Shown: one piece after another, positions 55,879 to 64,000 of the stretch
Position numbering within the stretch: the first letter of the stretch is position 1
Layout: every line of letters begins with the position of its first letter
Assembly (NCBI GenBank): GCA_965198115.1
Contig: OZ240241.1
Coordinates: 7,744,001 to 7,808,000, forward strand
Origin: Candidatus Latescibacterota bacterium
Lineage (GTDB): Bacteria; Latescibacterota; UBA2968
Length of the DNA stretch: 64,000 nt
Direction: 5' to 3'
Made by a program: the position numbers and the translations under genes
Notes under the pieces: model-generated
Seen by the model: only the letters and a program-made list of their open reading frames with translations
Database searches by the model: none
Told to the model about the DNA's origin: nothing

Positions 55879-57305
55879 GAGCTATAATCAAAAGGTGTGG
55901 AAAAAGAGAAAGGGCGACCCTACACTTCCCGTGAGATAGTTGATTCACACAAAACCGGGTGAGAGGCCCGGTTGGGAAGGAGGATCGCCGTGAAGGAACA
56001 TACGCATAGAGCCCCATTGAAGTCCATGCCGACGTGGGAGACGGTTGACGATTGGATCCGTGAAGAGATCCAGGGCCGGTTCCAGTCCATTCTGGAGGAG
56101 GAGGCGACCGCGTTCTTGGGCCGGTCGTGGTATGAGCGCCGAGCCGAGGTCGATAGCCCTTCCCACGGCGCAGGCTCGTCCGGTGTGGACACCTGGGGGC
56201 AAGCAGGAAAGATCGAGTAGACAGTACTCCCAAGTTCGCTCCAGGGGCTACAGGAACGGCTACGGCAAGCCCCGGCGTCTCTCGACGAGCTGCGGAACGA
56301 TCAAGGTCCGGCGTCCCCGGGTTCGTGGTCTGGAAGAGCGGTTTGAAAGCCGCATCCTCCCCCTGTTCGCCCGGAGAACCAGGGCCATTGGAGATCTGCT
56401 TCCCGACCTTTATCTCCACGGTCTCTCCCAGGGCGACTTCGAGTTGTCTTTGCGTGCGCTGCTCGGTGATGGCGCGCCGCTTTCGCCGACCTCGATCGCT
56501 CGTCTTCGAGGGAAGTGGGAGGTCGACTTCCAGGACTGGAAAGAAAGGCGTCTGGATAATCGCGAACTGGTCTACGCCTGGGCTGATGGCATCTACGTCA
56601 AAGCCGGGCTCGAGCGCGAGAAGGCGTGTCTGCTGGTCGTGATCGGCGCGATGAGCGACGGCAGCAAGGAGATCCTGGCGATAGAACCCGGTTATCGAGA
56701 GTCTACAGAATCCTGGCTCACGGTGCTACGGGATCTCCGGGATCGCGGGCTCGAACATCCTGTCCTGATCGCCGCGGACGGGAATATGGGCATCTGGGCG
56801 GCCGTTGATCAGGTCTGGCCAGAGAGCCGGCAACAACGGTGCTGGAACCACAAGATCCTCAACGTGCTCGACAAGGTCGCCAAGCGTGCACAGGCTGAAG
56901 CCCGCGCACTGCTCGTCCAGATCCCCTATGCCGGCACGAAAAAGGAGGCCGAGAAGCTCCGGAAACGCTTTGCCGCACGGTATCGCTCACAGTTCCCTGC
57001 CGCCGTGGAGACGCTCGAAAGAGACTGGGATCGGATGGTCACGTTCTACGACTTCCCGAAGGAACACTGGAAACACCTGAGAACCACGAACGTCGTCGAG
57101 AGCCCCTTTGCTTCCGTTCGGCTTCGCACAAACGCCGCCAGGCGATTCAAGAAAGTCAGGAACGCCACGGCTCTCATCTGGCGTACGCTCAAGGTCGCAG
57201 AGAGCCGATTCAGGAAACTCACCGCGCCACACTTGCTACAACAAGTCTACGATCAGAAACACTCAACCGGACCGCAGGTCGAAACCGGGAAGATGGCCGC
57301 CTGAT
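55879..57305 (+). mobile_element. IS256 type A copy 2: 82-bp internal insertion, distal end lost; preceded by IS256-C end 55843-55877
   Basis: Reverse complement of 6178-7523 apart from 56158-56239. Confidence 0.9.
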
Positions 57306-57358
57306 TGGCCATCGTGAGGAGCTGGACAGGATTCTGAGTTGGTTCGATGCTCAGTACC

Positions 57359-57510
57359 GATCTTCGAGGAGTTGATCCGCCGCTTCAACGAGGAGAACAA
57401 CGAGGAGGCGGGCGAGCACTGGACGCCGCGCGGCTGATGGCGAAGCTCGTCTTTCTCCCCGTCGCCGACGAGCTCAAGTCTGGCACCTACCTGCTCTATG
57501 ACGGGTGCTT
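57359..57510 (+). pseudogene. hsdM: Type I RM methyltransferase fragment
   Basis: IFEELIRRFNEENNEEAGEHWTPR / LMAKLVFLPVAD..TYLLYDG. Confidence 0.8.
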
Positions 57511-58292
57511 CACTCACCCAGGGCAGCTCCTCAGAAAAATGGGACAAGGAAATGAACTTCGCAAAATGGACTACAAGTCTCCTGGCCGTTGCCACTGTTG
57601 TGCTTGCCGGCGCGACTTGGCAACTCAACAAGAAAGCATTCGAGCTAGAAACCCAACCGCATTTTGCTTTCAAGAACTTCCATTTCAAAGTATTCGTGGA
57701 GCCGTCTGACAAGAACGATGGGCTAGAGAAAACACGCCTCAAGATCGGACTCATTTTTCGCAACCCCGGAAAAGTTCTGATTCGGTACGAAGTGAAATCG
57801 CTACGGTTGACCTTTGGAGGGCAAACGATCGACAACCCACAGTTTGCTACTCGCGGCGGGTCAATCTATCCTGAAGAAGAAACGCTCTTTTGGTATGGGG
57901 AGAGCATCACTATCGTCGACGCCTACTGTGACACAACGGTATTCCAGTTGCTTAAGGGGCGCGCCTTGAATGCACTCAGCCTTCGCGTTCTCTGTGGACA
58001 GCATGCGCAGGCCGTAAGCTGCGGCGTTCAAAAGACAGTATCCCAACGTGACCGTTCATGTTAGGACCACGACGGACTTCCACGATCGGTTCATCGTGCT
58101 GGAGGTCGATCGATACGCGGTTTTTGGCTACCGCGCGGACGGGACCGCGGATGGCAGGACAGGCAGCTACTTGGAGTTGATCGGCCGTCACGCTCGTGCG
58201 TTCGTCGGCTGGATTCAGAAGACGCCTTCAGTACTGCCGCCGCAATCGTGGAAGGGCGGACCGCCCGTGACGACCGCGCTGGGCAAATGTAG

Positions 58293-58856
58293 ATGAAGCT
58301 GTACGTTGCGAACGTTGGAGTGAACGCTCACGCGGGTCGGTGGGGGCTACGAAGCCCTGTCTTTCCTGACGGCACCTTTGAGTTCGTTCCGATAAAGGAG
58401 GAGTCCCGCTTTTCGCAGGTGAGCGGGATCCCAAGCTACAATGAAGTACCTTCGTGGACTGATCGGACCGATTCCTTGGGCGAGTTTCTTCCAGAACGAG
58501 TCCGCTCGTATCGGGCACATGCGGATCCTGAGTTCGAGACGTTCACGTACGGCGACATCCAGAGTCCCCGCGCCAGCAACCTGACAGACCTCGTGCCAGG
58601 AGACCAATTGTGGTTTCTTGCGCGTCTTTGGAACCACGACGGCGCCCGTTGGACGGGTAGTAGTGGCTTTTGTTTTGTCGGGTTCATCGAGGTCGAGCAG
58701 AATTTCTACTTCGCCCCCGGCACTCGTCCCGAGGACATTCCGCCGAACCTTTGCGGACGGATCGGGAAAGCGCGTTCAGTGCAACAGGGAGGCGCCCATC
58801 AGTCCACCGCGTCATCCAGAAACTCGCGTCTCTCGCCCGTCTCGCGGTGCAGATAG
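58293..58856 (+). pseudogene. Nucleotide-modification-associated domain (Nmad3-like) protein, probably 3' truncated
   Basis: SPVFPDGTFEFVPI.E, HADPEF..FTYGD, L.PGD.L.F. Confidence 0.7.
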
Positions 58857-61396
58857 ACCATCATCCATTCGTCGCCGACAGCCTGCATCGACTCTGCCGA
58901 CGCCATCGTCTTCATAGGCTTGCCGGTTTTGTAGAGGTAGAAGAGCTGGACCTTGTCGTCGAATTCTATGAACTCATGCCCTACGACCTCAATGTCGTGC
59001 AGCGCGCCCTGATTGTCCCTGCGCGCGACGATGCTGCCAACATCGTACACCTGTACCCAGACATCGCCATCGTCCAAGCCTTCGACTGCTGGTACGCCAC
59101 CGTCTTCGTTCCCGAGGTGGTCGAGCCAGGCTCTCAAGGCGGCAACAACTTCAGGCGACACACGGTCGTCGTCTGGAGGCGTCATGCGTATCGACCGCTC
59201 AAGCTGGGTCAGTAGCTCGTCGAGGCTCAAGTACGCCGGCTCCGTTAGCCGCAGTGTCCCATGTGTAGAGTCGAACAGTACCAAAGCGTTGGACACCAGC
59301 TCGCGCTGCCCGTTTCGGATCATCGAGATGTTGGTGGCGGCGGCATCGACATCTTGGGCTGAGATGCTGTACTCCCGTAGCATCAGATCGCGCAGGATGT
59401 CCGCAACCCGTTGCTTGACGCCTCGGCGCCTGAACCAGTCCTCATCGATACGCATGACCACACCCGTGGTCCTGAAATCCCTGGTCTTCGGAGTCATCCA
59501 GGGCTTCTCCTGTCGGAGATCCTTGTAGTGCTTCCTCTCCCCACCTTCTCGAAAACCCTCCACGCGCTCGTTGACCTGCAGGTGGCACTCCGCAAGGAAG
59601 CCCCGTTCGCCCTTACGGAATCGGCCTTCCACAATCCCGTCTCGTTCGAGACCGAAATTCACGAAGGTACGGATCAGTGGTTGGGGAAGGATAGGCGACT
59701 TCGTCGGATTGACCCGAATCGTCCTGTCAAAAGATGTGCTGCGCCAATCATGGACGCGCCATCCCTTTGCCATGTGCAAGTAGATCGCTCCGGGGAACGC
59801 CTCGCGTATGGCCTGCTGTACGGTCAGTTGAGCCACGTGCGCCGGACCAGTCGGACCCCCGCGGCTATGGACTACCTTGTAGGCGTCCTCGGGGACGTTC
59901 CGCAGGGGATAGTTGAAGTGAGGCTGATCGCCGCCAATTCGGTTAATCTGGTCGAACTCCCGGGGGCGGGCCGCCGGACCGCCGGGATAGGCGAAATCGA
60001 ACACTTCCGCGAAACCTTCCGGCCATGTCATGTTCCTCGGCAATTCCTTCCGGCCCGTGACGCCCAGCATCTCCAGTTCCTCAGCCAGACAACGCGCATG
60101 TGCGAACTGCATGAACCGGTTTCCGAGATACAGGTACGATGGCTCCACGGACTTCGCGTAGTACTCAGCCAGTGTGCCTCCGAAGCGTCTAAAGGCATAC
60201 GGCTCCGCAAGCACCGCGAAACTCCTCGGGCGCTGACGGCCCACGCGCCCCAACCTTTGCCGGAACGACTTCCGAGTCACGGGAACACTGATGTTCAGTC
60301 CTACGGCAAAGTGAGGGATGTCGATTCCAAGCTCGAGCGCGGATGTCGAAACGACACCCCTGAGATGGCCATCGCGCAATGCGTGCTCGATATTCGACCT
60401 GTCCACCGCTTCGTAGCCGCTCCTGTAGGCCTTCACAAGACTGTCGTTGCCGGTCCGTACCGCCAGGCGCTCAGCTCCCTGGCGGGAGTCGACGAAGGTA
60501 ATGAAACTGCCGTCCGTCGATCCTTCCACGAGCGCCTTGTGGATCGCCTCCGCCACTTCCCCTTCCCGACGGTCGGCGGCTGCAAGATGCAGTATTGAAC
60601 GCTCATGCCGTGGGGCGCCATCGTCCTCTTCGCCCACCGTCTCGAAATGGAGACCCGTGAGGGAATTCAGGTGCTGATCCGGGGTCGAGATCGTGGCGCT
60701 CGCCGCGATTACCTGCAGACCGGTGCGTCGACTCTTGTCCTGTATTAGGAACCTAGCTGCGCACAGTCGGCGGAACAGATACGCAAAGTTACTACCGAAC
60801 ACACCTTCGAGCACATGCGCCTCGTCGATCACCACCAACCTCGTGCGCGCGAGGAACGCCCGATGCGCCGGGTTCGAGATCTCATTCAGGAGCCATGCGT
60901 GGCAGACATCCGGCGTCATCAACGCTACGCGGGCCTTCTCCAGAAGCTTCGCGCGGCTTGGGCGCAGAATGTCCCCGTCCACCTTTACGATGTCCTTGCT
61001 GCGGAACCCAGCATGCTCCGCCGCCCTCCGCCAGGACATCAACTGATCGTTCGAGAGCGCCTTTAGCGGGTAGAAAACGACCACCGCCGCGTCGTCGTCC
61101 GCGTCCAACATCCGGAAGGCGGCTGATTGAAACACCAGTGACTTGCCCGATGCCGTTCCCGTCGAGATGACCAAGTTGCGTCCTTCGGCGGCAATCGTCA
61201 TCGCCTTGGCCTGGTGCAGCCACACGCGCCCGCGGAGCTTGTCGTCGTTCGTCAGCCAGCGGCCCGGCGACCCGCTGCGATAGGCGTCCGGTACACCCGC
61301 CGACCGTTCTGACCGGGCCGGGAGGTCGAGTCTGTCGACACTCGACACAACCTTGGTGTCGATGAGGCGCTCGAATTCCTTCAGCATGTCTGCCAT
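58799..61396 (-). CDS. Hrq1/YprA/DrmB-like SF2 DEAH helicase
   Basis: HQA, TGTASGKS, YPLKALSNDQ, DEAH, SAT, TSALELGID, QRLGRVGR; RBS AAGGAG before ATG 61396. Confidence 0.9.
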   Translation of the reverse strand: MADMLKEFERLIDTKVVSSVDRLDLPARSERSAGVPDAYRSGSPGRWLTNDDKLRGRVWLHQAKAMTIAAEGRNLVISTGTASGKSLVFQSAAFRMLDADDDAAVVVFYPLKALSNDQLMSWRRAAEHAGFRSKDIVKVDGDILRPSRAKLLEKARVALMTPDVCHAWLLNEISNPAHRAFLARTRLVVIDEAHVLEGVFGSNFAYLFRRLCAARFLIQDKSRRTGLQVIAASATISTPDQHLNSLTGLHFETVGEEDDGAPRHERSILHLAAADRREGEVAEAIHKALVEGSTDGSFITFVDSRQGAERLAVRTGNDSLVKAYRSGYEAVDRSNIEHALRDGHLRGVVSTSALELGIDIPHFAVGLNISVPVTRKSFRQRLGRVGRQRPRSFAVLAEPYAFRRFGGTLAEYYAKSVEPSYLYLGNRFMQFAHARCLAEELEMLGVTGRKELPRNMTWPEGFAEVFDFAYPGGPAARPREFDQINRIGGDQPHFNYPLRNVPEDAYKVVHSRGGPTGPAHVAQLTVQQAIREAFPGAIYLHMAKGWRVHDWRSTSFDRTIRVNPTKSPILPQPLIRTFVNFGLERDGIVEGRFRKGERGFLAECHLQVNERVEGFREGGERKHYKDLRQEKPWMTPKTRDFRTTGVVMRIDEDWFRRRGVKQRVADILRDLMLREYSISAQDVDAAATNISMIRNGQRELVSNALVLFDSTHGTLRLTEPAYLSLDELLTQLERSIRMTPPDDDRVSPEVVAALRAWLDHLGNEDGGVPAVEGLDDGDVWVQVYDVGSIVARRDNQGALHDIEVVGHEFIEFDDKVQLFYLYKTGKPMKTMASAESMQAVGDEWMMVYLHRETGERREFLDDAVD

Positions 61397-61809
61397 CTGC
61401 AACGCTCCTTACCTGCGTCCCACAACCCCACGCTTGGTCGTGCCCACATATTCGCCGATCGTGTCCCGGTCCGTGGTGTAAAAGCCTGGCGTCGGTCGCG
61501 GTAACCGGCGGGTAGGGCCGGGACGCTCAGGCTGCCACGGGCCCGCTGTGCCGGTGAGGCTACTCCCGAGCGCTTGGACGCCTCACAAGCTCCCTTGCGG
61601 CACCCCTGTCGATCACCAAGTCGCGGAACGACCAGCCTCGTTCATACTCGTCGGTCCGTTCCCAGGCCGCGAGAAGCCAAGCATCGTCATTGCGGGAGCG
61701 GTTGAACCTCCTGACCTGACAGGCGAGATGGTCGGCGATCTTCGGCGATCCGGGCTCGTAGTTGCCATCAAAAATCATCAGCCGCACCGTTGGATGTTGA
61801 TGGACCTTA

Positions 61810-64000
61810 GTACTCCTGTTCTCAAATACGGTGACGTATTCTAAGCAGACTTTGCCAAGGGCGTATCGTAGAACCTGAGTTTGTCGATCATCTCCGCGAG
61901 ATCTGTTCGTGTGAACTTCCATTTGAAGGGTGTGGCGATACGTCCGTAGCGTTCCTGAAAACCGAGGATTCTTGCCTCAAGCTCTTCGAGCGATGCAAAT
62001 TCGATAGGTGTCAGAGCCTTGCGTTTGAGGATCGAGAAGTAGATCTCGATCTGATTGAGCCAGCTTGCGTGGATCGGAAGGTGAACGGGGTGGATGTTTG
62101 GCCACTTCCCCTGGATACGGTCGATGCATGTTTGCCCTCGGTGCGAGGAGCCATTATCCACGATGAGGTAGACTTTCTTTGCCGAGCAATAGGGTTGGTC
62201 AAGTCCCATAGTCAGTTGAAAACTCATCGGGCCCCGTAGTTTGGTCAGGCTCTCTTTTGAGCATTCTGTTCGTTGTCGAGATTCAGATCTTTGTTCAGTG
62301 CTTGCCTGAGTAGGGGAAGATGTTTGTATCCGCTCACGCGTCGCAGGCGAGGTTCGATGTCGAGGAGTGCGGCAGCCACCCATCTGTGTCTCTGGGGAGA
62401 GTTGTTCCAGCGTCTGACCTTCCGAGTGAGCTCGCCGGTCATGCTGTTGAGGGCTTCGATGCAGTTGGTGGTTCGGAAGCTTCGTTTCAAGAATGGGAGC
62501 ATACCCAGCCGGTGGAGGGTCAGGGTTTCCTCCAGGCCTTCCTCGAGGCTCGTTACGGCAGACTGATTCATCAGCTTCAGTTCGGGTTTAAGTGATTCGA
62601 GTGCGGCCTTTGCCTCCTCGTAGGTGTCGCAGTCATAGGCTTTCTGGAGCTTCCGTCGAACTCTTGGACGTTCCCTCTCCGGGAGATAGCTGACGACATT
62701 CTCGCGCTTGTGCCACTGACAGCGATGCACGCGCACATACCCTTTGAGGGCTTTGGTGACAGCACTGCGGAGTCCCTTTGAGCCGTCAAGCACAACGAGA
62801 AGGCCCTGGTCGTAGCACAGGCCTCTCCGGATGAGGTCCTGGATCAGCTGGCGGCAGATCCGTTCGTTCTCCGTCGCCGATTCGACGAAGCCCAGGGGGA
62901 TCTTCTGGCCGTCCATCGTGACCCCCAGAGCGATCACGATCTCTTCGTCGGCAAAGCTCTTTCCGTCAATGAACAGGGTCACGAAGCCGTAGTCGTCGAG
63001 GGGACGCTCCTGGAACTGCTTCAGCTTCTTCGCGGTGGCTTTGATGAACCGCCGCGAGACGGAGGACGCTGAGATACCAAACGCTTCTGGAACCGATTCG
63101 GCACAGGCCTTGTAGTTGCGGCACGAGATCCCCTTGAGAACACGAAGCAACAGCCCCTCGTCCGTCTTCTTGGGCGTCTGTAGAGCCCGGTATGCAGCCA
63201 GGGAAACCTCTGCGTCGGCCTCGACGTCGCGCACCCGGGGAACGTCTAACGGGAGCTTCTGGTCCATCAGATACACGGATCCCTTCTGGCTTCCCCACCG
63301 ACGATGCGCCTGCTCCGAACCTTTGCGCGCATACCGAACGCCTGCGAGCTGCTCGACCTCCTGCTGGAGGAGGTCTGCCACTGCCTCCAGACCCAACGGG
63401 ATCAACGCCTGGATCACCGACAAACGCGTCTCCAAATCGATGACATCGCCCTCAACCTTGACTTCACCATCGCCTACAAATAGCTTCTCCATCTGGGCTC
63501 CTTTCTTACGGGTATACGCTCCTACACGTCTACCCAACGTAAGTTTGGAGCCCTCTAAGTTTCAACTACGATAGGCACAACACCATAGGGTTTCCTGCTC
63601 ATGATCAGGCTCAGGAGCCGGTTGAAGGGCTCGATACCCGAAGAAGACTCACAGAGACCGAAGATTCGACCATTGTGCACGTCGAGAGCAGCCAGATAGG
63701 CCAGGGCTCCTTTCCGCTCGTATTCGTGTTCAACGCGTGCCGCTCTGTTCGAGGCTGGCGGTAGGGTAACGTGCTTGCGAGCTCGTGCTTGAATACTGGT
63801 CTTTTCGTCGGCAGAAAGTACATATTCCCTCGGCCCTAAAGGCTTTCCTTGCCATTGGCGGTGATACAGATCAAGGACTCTACCTGCTTTGGTTTGGAAG
63901 TCCGGGTCCCGTGGGAAAATCCAGGAGCGATGATACCAAGGACGAATCGCGTCCTCGTTCAACCAGCGCCAGACAGTGGCGCCGCTGATCTTGGCAACGA
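61810..64000 (-). mobile_element. IS630 two-ORF type, copy 2, interrupted by IS256-C; runs off the window
   Basis: Near-identical to 25210-26004. Confidence 0.9.
62197..63584 (-). mobile_element. IS256 type C, intact (transposase 62245-63537)
   Basis: TSD ATAGGGTT (62189-62196, 63585-63592); FIDGK, VLDGS, RCQWHK, RTTNCIE. Confidence 0.95.

Noticed and set aside
1-64000. tRNA, rRNA, cas genes, integrase, reverse transcriptase, tnpB
   Set aside because: None recognised by eye; tRNAscan-SE and HMM scans would be needed to exclude them formally

Overview
GC-rich bacterial window, heavily decayed and saturated with insertion sequences. Dockerin/EF-hand 'ADFNGDGxVxFxDF' tails, tandem UxuA-like genes and a DUF6785-like membrane protein suggest a Latescibacterota-type lineage (inference). 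IS content: ISAzo13, IS200, three IS256 types, IS1380, two IS630 types, four near-identical 1420-bp ISL3 copies, and IS21/IS3 debris, several nested with readable target-site duplications. Between them lie short fragments of defence genes (hsdR x2, hsdS, hsdM, type III Res, DUF499, Fic, DUF3883, HhH-GPD, Nmad3, a CRISPR remnant). Intact genes are few: nfo, purC, two uxuA-like genes, an M14 deacylase, a DHDPS-like lyase, a Cdc48-like AAA ATPase, an Hrq1/YprA-like helicase, a NERD-like nuclease and a 1356-aa HigA-HTH/nuclease/STAND-like protein. Signals missed by the ORF track: a UGA-recoded (UxxC) thioredoxin-fold selenolipoprotein with a SECIS-like hairpin; a ~1.1-kb noncoding element built from ~310-bp inverted arms whose 60-nt structured core recurs right after the selenoprotein; and a transposase-less element present three times with an identical terminus and a tandem-HTH gene. 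All family calls are by motif recognition, not database search.
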